From a virus (Duplodnaviria; Caudoviricetes), in the IMG/VR virus record IMGVR_UViG_3300014204_000015, positions 9,386 through 73,385 of that record: 64,000 bases of DNA; one strand, 5' to 3'. Position 1 is the stretch's first letter. Every line of letters starts with the position of its first letter. The notes beneath the pieces are model-generated. The model ran no database searches. It was given only the letters and a program-made list of their open reading frames with translations, and was not told the DNA's origin. Of the stretch, positions 35,920-44,952 are shown piece by piece. The position numbers and the translations under genes were made by a program.

Positions 35920-36465
35920 CTAGCTAAGGTCCTGAACGAGATCCTCTAGGATCACGATTGACCGACGGATAGCTAGAGGCCGTTGGGCCTCATCGAGCCG
36001 TAGGAGGAAAGCCGGGTGGAGGAGACTGTAATATTGCTTGCCCTTGTAGACCTTTTGGAGGGCCGGGGGCACCCACTTCTCCGCGAGAGTACCGACGCAC
36101 ACGATGGCTCGGGGCCGGCATAGCTTACAGAATTCCCGTAGCCGCTCTTGACAAGCCTTGATGGCTTCCTTCGGGGGCTCGTGATTCCCCGTGTTTTTCG
36201 CCAACCGGGGAAAGCAGCAGACGAGATTCGTGAAGGCGCAATCCAGTTGCCCGTCGATACCCTTATTGACGATGAAGTCCAATAGCTTCCCGGCTGGGCC
36301 TACGAAGGGCTTCCCCAACACATCTTCGCTTTGGCCCGGGGCTTCTCCGATGAATAACACATCGCAAGGGATTGTACCCCGGGCGAATACTTGGCGGGTG
36401 CGTTGGGTAAATAAATCACACCCCTCGCACTTCGACCACTTCAACTTGAAGTCTTTGTATCCCAC
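35920..36465 (-). CDS. Family 4 uracil-DNA glycosylase
   Basis: CEGCDL, VLFIGEAPGQSED..GKPFVGPAGKLL, LLHPAFLLR. Confidence 0.9.
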   Translation of the reverse strand: MGYKDFKLKWSKCEGCDLFTQRTRQVFARGTIPCDVLFIGEAPGQSEDVLGKPFVGPAGKLLDFIVNKGIDGQLDCAFTNLVCCFPRLAKNTGNHEPPKEAIKACQERLREFCKLCRPRAIVCVGTLAEKWVPPALQKVYKGKQYYSLLHPAFLLRLDEAQRPLAIRRSIVILEDLVQDLS

Positions 36466-36466
36466 A

Positions 36467-36685
36467 TTACTCTCCTAGATTGAGGTTGATTTCTCCCCGC
36501 TCGGCTAACCGAGAGAATCCAATGAACTCGAAGTCAGTGAGTATAAGTCCCGAGAAACCGTTGGGAGAACCTGCTATCAGTATCTTAGCGCATAGTTCGG
36601 CCACTAGCCATACGCTAAACTCTTTGAGCTGCTCATCGTCTAGAGTATTGACGATGCCATAGAGGTCAACCGTCAGAGGGTCCAC
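36467..36685 (-). CDS. Hypothetical protein
   Basis: 72 aa ORF. Confidence 0.45.
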   Translation of the reverse strand: MDPLTVDLYGIVNTLDDEQLKEFSVWLVAELCAKILIAGSPNGFSGLILTDFEFIGFSRLAERGEINLNLGE

Positions 36686-37173
36686 TTAGCATACCCACGG
36701 CAGTAATGGGCGATTAGGAGGGCGTCTGAGACGGCTAGGGTGATTCTACTCTGAGGGTAGAGTTGTTGAGCTTTCGCCTTGAGCCGGTTCTTCCATTGTG
36801 TCTTCCCCTCACTACTCTTCTTAGAGGGAATAGCCAAAGCCTTTATCCACTTCTGAGGGGTAGTAGGAACAAACGGGATACTCGCTGCGGTTAGGGCCAT
36901 GATGAGTCCCCCGAAGCCGTAGCCAAACTTGAAGCTACTTGCTACCCCTTGATCCGGCATTGAAGCAACTTTCTCCACCACCGCTCTAGTTCCTGGAGGA
37001 AGAGAGCAGAACCAAAGCCAGATATCCCGCTCGGTGGCGGGCATTTTGTCTAGTCGTTCTACCTGTCCAATGTTATTGAGCAAGGCCAAGCCACCGGATA
37101 GGCCGGGGTCGATACCTAAGTAATGGCCTGGATTTGACCAACATGCTCCGTCACTGGCGATGGGTCTAGGCAT
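36673..37173 (-). CDS. RuvC-like Holliday junction resolvase
   Basis: YLGIDPGLSGG, VVEKV, PQKW, SDALLIA. Confidence 0.85.
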   Translation of the reverse strand: MPRPIASDGACWSNPGHYLGIDPGLSGGLALLNNIGQVERLDKMPATERDIWLWFCSLPPGTRAVVEKVASMPDQGVASSFKFGYGFGGLIMALTAASIPFVPTTPQKWIKALAIPSKKSSEGKTQWKNRLKAKAQQLYPQSRITLAVSDALLIAHYCRGYAKWTL

Positions 37174-37414
37174 TCGATTTCTTCTTGGGCTTTACCCGAA
37201 AGAGGATGATGTTGTCTCGGATACTGACGCTGGCCCTTAGGCCGTGTCGATGCGCTGCGTTGCGAATCTGGATAGCCATTGAGGGTATCTGGCACAAGAA
37301 GTCCCGGCCCTTCTCTAACGCCACGGGAGAAGTCGCTGGGCTTCGGGCCGCTTTGATCCATTCCTTCCATGGATAAGCCATGGGGTACTTTTTGAGGTGT
37401 TCGCCTCTTGACAT
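37166..37414 (-). CDS. Small basic hypothetical protein
   Basis: 82 aa; first gene of the leftward operon. Confidence 0.55.
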   Translation of the reverse strand: MSRGEHLKKYPMAYPWKEWIKAARSPATSPVALEKGRDFLCQIPSMAIQIRNAAHRHGLRASVSIRDNIILFRVKPKKKSNA

Positions 37415-37811
37415 GATTCCTTCCTTCTAGTTCTGAAGTCTAGGTGCGTAGGACGGCACCGACGTAAAGGCCTATTATATCGCCCCCGAAAACCACCCCG
37501 CTCGGGCTTGAGTCCCGTGCGCTCCGGCTCCCTACCTCGATTCTCCCCCTCGCAAAATCTATAAAACGAAAAATAGATTATAGTAGAGTGGGGGAGTATT
37601 TTTATATATTATATATTTATATAGAGTATATAAGAGCAACATTTAACATTTCCAACCCGTAGCGGATTGATAAGCCATAATCCCCCCTTTCGGTTATTTA
37701 GAGAATTATTCTAGAAAACCCTTTACGGAGCCGAAGCCGTCTATATAAAGGGGGTATCTCGGAGGTAACGGAACCTCTTGGAAGGATTACCAATTGTAAG
37801 GAGTCTGGGAA
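37415..37811. promoter_or_regulatory. AT-rich divergent control region
   Basis: TTTTTATATATTATATATTTATATAGAGTATATAAG tract; TATAAT on the minus strand at about 37474; TTTACG-N16-TATAAA on the plus strand near 37722-37749; gene orientation switches here. Confidence 0.7.
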
Positions 37812-39266
37812 ATGGTAAATGCTGTAGAAGAGCGGGAAGTGGTTTATGTCAAGGTAGCGAGCTACGTATGTGATGGGACAGAACTGCCGGCTCTAGGAAT
37901 CGAGAAGGCCAAGGAGGCTCTCGGTTGGAAAGAAGAGGGTAAGGAGGGAAGCAACGTCAAGTACGGAAAGAATGACGTACTCCTTACCTATAAGGATGCT
38001 TCGGGTAAGGTCGTGAAGGTCAAGTGTGAGCACAACCGGAATAACCGGAGACTCTCCATGGGTAACGTCTCCACTCTGAAACAGGAGATACTCCGGGGCC
38101 GTTACGAGTTGAACGGTGAGCCTATCATCATCGGCCGTTATGGTACTCTCCTCGATGGGCAACATACGCTTACCGCTCTGATCCTCGCTCATTACGAGTG
38201 GGAGAAAGACCCAGGGCTTTATCCTCACTGGAAGATGGCCCCCTCAATCAAGAAGGTCATCATCTACGGAATCTCGGAAGAGGACAAGGTCATCAACACG
38301 ATAGATACCGGGAGGCCGAGAACCCTATCCGACGTCATCTATCGTTCTCCCTACTTCTCCGGGCTCTCGCTACAAGCCAAGAATACTTGTAGCGGTATCG
38401 CCGCAAACGCGATCAAATTACTATGGACGCGCACGGGGGAGAATCTCGACGGTTTCTGCGCCGTCCGTACCCATGCTGAGTCGATTGACTTCTTGGATCG
38501 TCATCCCCGTATCCTCGAATGCGTCAGCCTCATCTACGAGTCAGCCGAGAATCTCGGCAACCCTCTTCCAGGACTCGGAGTGTGTGCGGGGCTTTTGTAC
38601 CTGATGGGGGCCGCAAAGACGAATCCCCGTGAGTACCTGAACGAAGAACACCTAGTTGAAACGAATGTCAACTGGGAGTTATGGGACCAGGCTCAAGACT
38701 TCTGGGTTCTCCTAGCCGACAAGTCTAACCCTAAGTTCAAGCCTATCCGTCGGGTGCTCGCTCAGACAATCGAGGATGGCGATAGTAGCCCCGACGCGAA
38801 GATAGCCATCATCGTGAAGGCATGGGAACTCTATCGACTAGGGAAGGCAGTCACCGAAGCCGGATTGAATCTCACCTACATAGAGGAGAAGAACGGTAGC
38901 ATCCGGCTCAATGAGACTCCGGTAATCGGCGGTATCGATATTGGTCGGTTGGACCTCATCGATGAAGAGGAACTCACCAAGACCCCACCGAAGCAAGAAG
39001 AGACTCAAAAGGCCATCCGTGAGAAGAAGGCCACGGCCGGGGAACTTCCCCCGTCCAAGCAACCCAAGAAAGAAAGGGAGAAGGGCCCCAAGAACCAGTT
39101 GGTCGGGAAGGCCCGTTGGGTCAAGAGCCCCGAGGGGAACTGGAGGGGCAAGGTTCTCGACACCGACGGCACCCTAGCTAGTGTCCGTATCCTCCAGGGA
39201 TTCCAGGGGGCGGGCAATACCGTTCAGGTACCCGTCTCGGAGCTGCTAGAGGCCCAACCCGTCTAG
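37812..39266 (+). CDS. ParB/Srx-like (DGQH) domain protein
   Basis: NRNNRRLS...NGEPIII...LLDGQHTL...IDTGRPRT. Confidence 0.6.
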   Translation: MVNAVEEREVVYVKVASYVCDGTELPALGIEKAKEALGWKEEGKEGSNVKYGKNDVLLTYKDASGKVVKVKCEHNRNNRRLSMGNVSTLKQEILRGRYELNGEPIIIGRYGTLLDGQHTLTALILAHYEWEKDPGLYPHWKMAPSIKKVIIYGISEEDKVINTIDTGRPRTLSDVIYRSPYFSGLSLQAKNTCSGIAANAIKLLWTRTGENLDGFCAVRTHAESIDFLDRHPRILECVSLIYESAENLGNPLPGLGVCAGLLYLMGAAKTNPREYLNEEHLVETNVNWELWDQAQDFWVLLADKSNPKFKPIRRVLAQTIEDGDSSPDAKIAIIVKAWELYRLGKAVTEAGLNLTYIEEKNGSIRLNETPVIGGIDIGRLDLIDEEELTKTPPKQEETQKAIREKKATAGELPPSKQPKKEREKGPKNQLVGKARWVKSPEGNWRGKVLDTDGTLASVRILQGFQGAGNTVQVPVSELLEAQPV

Positions 39267-39303
39267 TTACCGTTTCCTACCGTTTCTCGCCGTTTCTCAC
39301 CTA

Positions 39304-39328
39304 GGCCCCGAAACCCGGGGCCTTCTTT
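39304..39328 (+). terminator. Intrinsic terminator
   Basis: GGCCCCG-AAACC-CGGGGCC-TTCTTT. Confidence 0.7.
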
Positions 39329-39465
39329 ATGCGCCGATACCCCCCCCCGAAAGAATTCCTAATATTTCCCGAGAAATATTCGGCAGGACCTATTTACTCG
39401 GCCGATTATAAGGCTATTATATAGTCATCGGGGGAAAGAACCCCGAACCCGAAACCTAGGAGAGT

Positions 39466-39708
39466 ATGATGATAACCATTCGCTACGAAGTTTGGAGCAA
39501 ACGAGACAACCGCCCCCGTACGATGGAGCGGGAATTCAAAGACGAGAAGGCCATGCAACGGTGGGTCGCCAATGCCGGTTGGACTTCTTCCGGTGAGGAA
39601 GAATGTGACCACGACTGGATTGACGAGAGTCACGCGGGGCCGGATTCCGGGAACATTGATATGACTTGCCGCAAGTGCGGTAAGGTCTGCTACGCGAACC
39701 TTTACTAG
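39466..39708 (+). CDS. Early hypothetical protein
   Basis: 80 aa; RBS TAGGAGAG; promoter-like TTTACT-N16-TATTAT upstream. Confidence 0.55.
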   Translation: MMITIRYEVWSKRDNRPRTMEREFKDEKAMQRWVANAGWTSSGEEECDHDWIDESHAGPDSGNIDMTCRKCGKVCYANLY

Positions 39709-39720
39709 GAGATACGAACC

Positions 39721-39906
39721 ATGGCAAATATGATGTACGAACCCTTCGGTGAAGACCTTTACTTGGCCCACTACCCCGACGGTTCCGGCCGTTGCCGGAT
39801 CGAACAAGTTCAAGCCGACGGGACGATTAAGGTGTCCAAAGACTACGCCTCTTGGGATGAGGCTTTCGAGGACAAGTGTGCGGACGAAATGCATTGGATC
39901 AACTAG
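39721..39906 (+). CDS. Early hypothetical protein
   Basis: 61 aa; RBS TAGGAG. Confidence 0.55.
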   Translation: MANMMYEPFGEDLYLAHYPDGSGRCRIEQVQADGTIKVSKDYASWDEAFEDKCADEMHWIN

Positions 39907-39957
39907 GAGCGATACGATGAGACGCAAGGTTGGAAACGGCCACGAGGAGACGAACCG

Positions 39958-40266
39958 ATGATCACCTACCCCCATTCCACCGTCCGCGACGTGCTCGGCT
40001 GGAGACTGTCAGACCTGTCTCGATCCGAGCATTACTATCTCGTCGGGCATCACTGGTACTCATTCCGCTCGCTCTGCGAGGCAATCGCAGGAGGGTTGCC
40101 CCTGGATACCGCGATCGACGATGCGACAGACGAGCCGACCCCGTGCTTCGTCTACGACCGACCAGCCTTCGACGGTGGGCCGTTCGTCGCCGATGGCTCA
40201 ACACCCGGAGCCGCCTACGTCCAGTCCTGGTGGCCCGTCAGGCGGTGGGCCGAGGCCGCCTTGTGA
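39958..40266 (+). CDS. Early hypothetical protein
   Basis: 102 aa; RBS GAGGAG. Confidence 0.5.
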   Translation: MITYPHSTVRDVLGWRLSDLSRSEHYYLVGHHWYSFRSLCEAIAGGLPLDTAIDDATDEPTPCFVYDRPAFDGGPFVADGSTPGAAYVQSWWPVRRWAEAAL

Positions 40267-40410
40267 TCGACTCGCGATAGCATTGTGCTTATTGCGGTTG
40301 GGGAGGGGACGGGATTTCGGTGTGCGGGGTTTGCCGGGAGGCCGGCATCGATGGTCCAGCTATTCGCGGTACAGGTCGAGTCGTTTGTCGTATCCATAAG
40401 GAGAAGTGAC

Positions 40411-41796
40411 GTGGCGAATATTAAAATCGGGCCGGAATTCTTCAAGAAGGCGAAGAACGATTATTCCGATTGGATTTGGGCGTTGGTCCGCGAGTTCATG
40501 CAGAATTGTATGGACTGCGGCTCCAAGAATATCACCGTCGAAGTCTCCAACGAGAACGGGAACACTCGACTGGTCGTTACCAACGATGGTCGGGCGATGA
40601 GCAAAACTGAGTTGGTCGACAAACTCCTTTCTCTCGGTTCCTCCGGTAAGGAGTTCCACGGGACGGTCGGGGGCTTCGGGAAGGCCAAGGAGATTCTCTA
40701 TTTGTGCCACGAAGAATACCTCATCTTCTCCGGCAACTGCGGAATTGTAGGGTGCGGGGCCGAGTATACCATTTCCCCCACCGACTACTTCCACGGCACC
40801 CGTTCTTCGATTCTCCTCAAGGGGGATAAATACGCCAGGTTGCTCAACGAATTTGCGGCGTTCGCTCGGCTCTGCTATTGGAAAGGTACTCTTCGGGTCA
40901 ACGGCAACCATATCCCGACGGATACGAAGAAAGGAACCAAGAAGAGAGAATTCGATTGGGGAACCGTTTACACTACCAAGCAGATTCAGGGGAACCGCTT
41001 GGTTGTACGCATTCAAGGTATCCCGATGTTCACACAATACCTCTCGGGCATCGACAAGGCCGTTATCATTGAGCTGCCGTCGAGCAAGTCGCTGACCTCC
41101 AACCGGGACGGGTTGACCACTAAGGTTCTCCCGCAATTCCAGACGTTCATCTCAGATTTGACCGTCAACAAACTCTCGGCCCTCAAGAAGACACCTAGCA
41201 CGACCTACGTAAAGAGCGGAGGCAAGGGCCGGTTGTGCTACGAAGGGGAATCGCAGCCTACTACGTTTGCCGCAAAGGCTATTCTAGAGTTTGGCGCAGC
41301 CGCTCACGTAGCCCTAGGAGAATCCAAACCCGCCTCTACGGCGGTCGAATCAATTGGAGAAGAGGATGAGATTCAATTTCTCATCAAGAACGAATCGGGC
41401 AAGACCGTTCCGAATTGGCTCTTGGAAGAGGGCTTCTCGGAATACGCCTCCCAGTTGGTTTACCTCTGGTCGTTCTACCTACTCCAACTCCATCGGCTCT
41501 TCAAGGACAATAAGCCCTTCTCCGTTGGGTTCCTCTTGGACATAACCGGGACGGAGGCCCAATTTGAGATGGGAAACTACGGCCGAGTGTTTTACATTAA
41601 CCCTATCTCAATGGAGGGGGGTCACTTCCGCCGACGGTGGAAGTTTGACAACGCTGGAGTCAACGCCCTCCTAGCCGACGCAGTTCACGAGTTCACTCAC
41701 GCTCGGGGCTGCTTCAGCCACGACGAAGTTTACACTAGCAAGTTGACCGATAACATGGGAAAGGTACTAGCGAACATCGAGATGTTTCAAATCTAG
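40411..41796 (+). CDS. GHKL (Hsp90/MutL-like) ATPase domain protein
   Basis: WALVREFMQNCMD, VTNDGRAM, GGFGKAKE; GTG start after AAGGAG; C-terminal HEFTH. Confidence 0.75.
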   Translation: MANIKIGPEFFKKAKNDYSDWIWALVREFMQNCMDCGSKNITVEVSNENGNTRLVVTNDGRAMSKTELVDKLLSLGSSGKEFHGTVGGFGKAKEILYLCHEEYLIFSGNCGIVGCGAEYTISPTDYFHGTRSSILLKGDKYARLLNEFAAFARLCYWKGTLRVNGNHIPTDTKKGTKKREFDWGTVYTTKQIQGNRLVVRIQGIPMFTQYLSGIDKAVIIELPSSKSLTSNRDGLTTKVLPQFQTFISDLTVNKLSALKKTPSTTYVKSGGKGRLCYEGESQPTTFAAKAILEFGAAAHVALGESKPASTAVESIGEEDEIQFLIKNESGKTVPNWLLEEGFSEYASQLVYLWSFYLLQLHRLFKDNKPFSVGFLLDITGTEAQFEMGNYGRVFYINPISMEGGHFRRRWKFDNAGVNALLADAVHEFTHARGCFSHDEVYTSKLTDNMGKVLANIEMFQI

Positions 41797-41889
41797 TCTC
41801 CCGAGGAACTAACCCCCGCTCACGCGCAAAGCCGTCCCGCGAACGGCACGGGGGTCTGGTAATTCAACTCACCTCTAAGGAGCGTTAGG

Positions 41890-42141
41890 ATGGAATGCCC
41901 TAAATGTGGTAAAGACTGGTGTTGGGATTGGTGCGAGGATGTCTTGCGGGACGTAGACGGCAAACCGGCTCGGGAGGAGTTCAGGCCATCGGATGACCCG
42001 AACACCGGATTTTTCGACTACTTCTGCCCTTGCGGGTTGTTGCTTTTCTCTACCCCCGAGGATGAGATGGACTTTTTGAATGAGCCTCCCGAATGGGAGA
42101 ATGCCGATTGGGAGGAACACGCCTATGAGGAGGACCGCTAA
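41890..42141 (+). CDS. Small acidic Cys-containing protein
   Basis: 83 aa; CPKC...CPC. Confidence 0.45.
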   Translation: MECPKCGKDWCWDWCEDVLRDVDGKPAREEFRPSDDPNTGFFDYFCPCGLLLFSTPEDEMDFLNEPPEWENADWEEHAYEEDR

Positions 42142-42344
42142 TGACGCCTAGAGAAGCCGCCGACGTAATCGGCTGCACGGCAAACCAAGTAAGGGTCCTC
42201 TGCCGTAAGGGGTTGATAGACTCCGTACGGATAGAGGCCTACGGTCGAGAGTATTACGTGGTAGACAAGCAGTCGGTTTATACCTACGCCAAACGGCCCC
42301 AGAAGCGGGGCTACCCGCGAGGGAAGAAAAGGAGCACATTGTGA
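42141..42344 (+). CDS. Excisionase-like HTH DNA-binding protein
   Basis: MTPREAADVIGCTANQVRVLCRKG. Confidence 0.75.
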   Translation: MTPREAADVIGCTANQVRVLCRKGLIDSVRIEAYGREYYVVDKQSVYTYAKRPQKRGYPRGKKRSTL

Positions 42345-44941
42345 AACGCGAAGAAATTGAAGTTGGAGGCCTCTACCTAGTTGAGCCTCACAAAGGAGAT
42401 CGGGTGTTGGTTAACGTCGTTGAGGTAAACGAGTCTCCGCTACGCTACCTAACCCGGGAGCCCGGGGGGAAGTGCCGGGAGTTCACCTTCACTAACGGAC
42501 GTAGCTTCATCTGCCGGGCAAAGTTCACCGTCCAGTCCTCGGTCGAAGCCACGAAGCCCTCCTGGAAGGATAGCCTCAAGAAGCCTAAGGACAATTCACC
42601 TCACGTGATCGTAGAGGCTCGGGCCGGGACGGGCAAGACCACGACCCTAGTTGAGGGGCTGAAGATCATGCGGGGTGAAACGTCGAAGTTATCGCCCTCT
42701 CCCCAGCAAGCCGCAGTGTGGAAGGCCATCGCTCAGTCGGCGGGAGTCTCCCGCGTAGGCTTCTGCGCCTTCAACAAGTCGATTGCGGCGGAACTCAAGA
42801 GCCGAGTACCTGCCGGCTGCGATGCTATGACGATGCACGGGATGGGATTCAAGGCCATTAACGGTACCTTCTCGGGAGTCGTCGTGGATGAATACCGGGT
42901 CAGGATGATCTTGGCCGACATTCTTGGGATGGACCTTCAGAAATTGAAGTTTCAACGGTTTGACCTTCTCATGGCCGTCGAGAAGCTAGTTGGACTCTGC
43001 AAGATGAATCTTGTAGATGCCGGGGGCTACTGGAAGGCCGGAATGGGAGCCGAGTTGGAGGAGGCCCTAGACAATCTCACTAGCTACTACGAAATTGAGC
43101 TCAACGGTAACCGTCACCAAGTGTACGAAGCCGTTCCGGCCGTCCTGGAGAAATGCAAGCAGGTCAATTTGGACCGGAAGATTGACTACGACGATATGAT
43201 TTGGCTGCCCGTGGTCTTAGACCTATCCATGCATGCTTACGATCTGCTCCTAGTCGATGAGGCCCAAGACCTGAACCGTTGTCAACAAGCCCTCGCCCGT
43301 AAGGCCGGCAACCGCTTGATCCTTTGCGGTGATCCGTGCCAACCCCCAGGTACAATGGTTACTCTCGCGGGGGCTCCCGGAAACCGATGGCATAAAGCGG
43401 TTCCAGGTAATAGTATCCCGATTGAAGAAGTAAAGAAAGGAGATACCCTAGTTGGTTACTGCCCCAAAGACGGGTCTAACTATTCCAATCGCATCGTTGA
43501 GGGAGTGAGTGTAACCCAGTTTGACGGAGAACTTATAACCGTCGAGACTGAGGACGGGGTTAAGTCCAGCTACACTCCTCAACACCATTGCTACGCTAGC
43601 TTCGGCTCTCTTCGGGATTGTTACTGTGTTTACCTGATGAAGCGAGGTCTACAATTCCGGGTTGGCTCTTGCCAACTCAACTACCGTTCTTCAGGAAATG
43701 GCTTGGTCCATCGCCTTAGAACCGAGGGCGGGGATGCCGCTTGGTTATTGGAAACCCATCCTTCCAAGCGAGAAGCTCGCCTTCGTGAAATGGAAGTATC
43801 GCACCGATACAACTTACCTCAAGTTGTCTTCTCTAATGGTAATGAGGGGTATATCCTAGATGATGAGGGTGTAGTGCGTTTTTGGGAGTTTGTCGGTAAT
43901 AACGCCTCAGCGGGTTTGAAGGTCATTGACGCCTTCAAGTTAGAATGGAATCGTCCTATAGCCGTTCCTGGAGGTCAATGGCAACAATCGTTTAAGCGAC
44001 CCTCTATCTTCGCTGCCGCAAACCTCCGCGATGGTATGGAACTACGTACCGAGGATGGACGTTGGGTTAGGATTCGGGTGGAAAGAACTCCATACAAAGG
44101 CCCAGTGTACTCATTATCGGTTTCACACGACAAACTCTATATGGCTGATGGGATTGTTACTCACAATTGCCAGGCCATCTACGGATTCGCGGGGGCTGAT
44201 GCCGAGAGCATACCACGCCTAGAGCGTGAACTAGGGGCTACCTCCCGGGAATGCATCCACCTCCCGCTTACGGTCACCCGCCGTTGCGGCAAGGCTATCG
44301 TAGCCGAAGCCCAACAGTACGTCCCTGACTTTGAGGCCCACGAATCTAACGGGCCAGGTCGTATCCTCCAGGAGAGGCTCGGGACATACCGGAGGCAAGT
44401 TGAGGACGGTGACATGATCCTCTGCCGTTGTAACGCCCCGCTTGTCTCTGAGTGTTTCAAGTTTCTCCGGGACGGGCGGAAAGCTACCATCCAGGGACGG
44501 GATATCGGCCAGGGCCTTATCTCAACCGTAAAGAAGTTGAAGGCCTCCTCGATTCCCGACCTATTGACCAAACTCTCCGCTTGGGAAGAGCATCAGGTCA
44601 AACTAGAGAACGCGAAGAAGAACCCAAGCGATTCTCGCATCCAGGGAATCCAAGACCGGGTGGATTGTATTACCTGCTTTGCGGAGGAGTCCCAGACGGT
44701 CGATGCCCTGATTGAGAAAATCGAGAAGATATTCACGGATCAGAAAACCCAAGGCGTCAAACTCTCTTCGGTTCACCGGGCTAAAGGCCTGGAGGCCGTT
44801 AGGGTGTTTCTTCTGCTCCTCAAAGACGCCCCAATGCCTCACCCGATGGCCAAGACGGCGTGGGCTCGGGAGCAAGAAAGAAATCTCGTCTACGTCGCCA
44901 TCACCCGCGCAATTGAAGAACTCGTGTATGTCCAAGACTGA
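42341..44941 (+). CDS. UvrD/Rep-family (SF1) helicase with intein
   Basis: ARAGTGKTT, CAFNKSIA, TMHG, LVDEAQD, GDP-[intein]-CQAIYGF, SSVHRAKGLE, ERNLVYVAITRA. Confidence 0.9.
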   Translation: MKREEIEVGGLYLVEPHKGDRVLVNVVEVNESPLRYLTREPGGKCREFTFTNGRSFICRAKFTVQSSVEATKPSWKDSLKKPKDNSPHVIVEARAGTGKTTTLVEGLKIMRGETSKLSPSPQQAAVWKAIAQSAGVSRVGFCAFNKSIAAELKSRVPAGCDAMTMHGMGFKAINGTFSGVVVDEYRVRMILADILGMDLQKLKFQRFDLLMAVEKLVGLCKMNLVDAGGYWKAGMGAELEEALDNLTSYYEIELNGNRHQVYEAVPAVLEKCKQVNLDRKIDYDDMIWLPVVLDLSMHAYDLLLVDEAQDLNRCQQALARKAGNRLILCGDPCQPPGTMVTLAGAPGNRWHKAVPGNSIPIEEVKKGDTLVGYCPKDGSNYSNRIVEGVSVTQFDGELITVETEDGVKSSYTPQHHCYASFGSLRDCYCVYLMKRGLQFRVGSCQLNYRSSGNGLVHRLRTEGGDAAWLLETHPSKREARLREMEVSHRYNLPQVVFSNGNEGYILDDEGVVRFWEFVGNNASAGLKVIDAFKLEWNRPIAVPGGQWQQSFKRPSIFAAANLRDGMELRTEDGRWVRIRVERTPYKGPVYSLSVSHDKLYMADGIVTHNCQAIYGFAGADAESIPRLERELGATSRECIHLPLTVTRRCGKAIVAEAQQYVPDFEAHESNGPGRILQERLGTYRRQVEDGDMILCRCNAPLVSECFKFLRDGRKATIQGRDIGQGLISTVKKLKASSIPDLLTKLSAWEEHQVKLENAKKNPSDSRIQGIQDRVDCITCFAEESQTVDALIEKIEKIFTDQKTQGVKLSSVHRAKGLEAVRVFLLLLKDAPMPHPMAKTAWAREQERNLVYVAITRAIEELVYVQD
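43337..44167 (+). mobile_element. Intein, 277 aa, with GIY-YIG-like central domain
   Basis: CQPPGTMV... start, YTPQHHC block B, VYSLSVSHDKLYMADGIVTHN end, +1 Cys; central VYLMKRG...RVG...EARLRE. Confidence 0.9.
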
Positions 44942-44952
44942 AGGAGAGTACC

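Noticed and set aside
39269-39300. Three 10-bp-period CCGTTTC repeats as iterons
   Set aside because: Too few and too short, located between a stop codon and a terminator, with no adjacent initiator gene.
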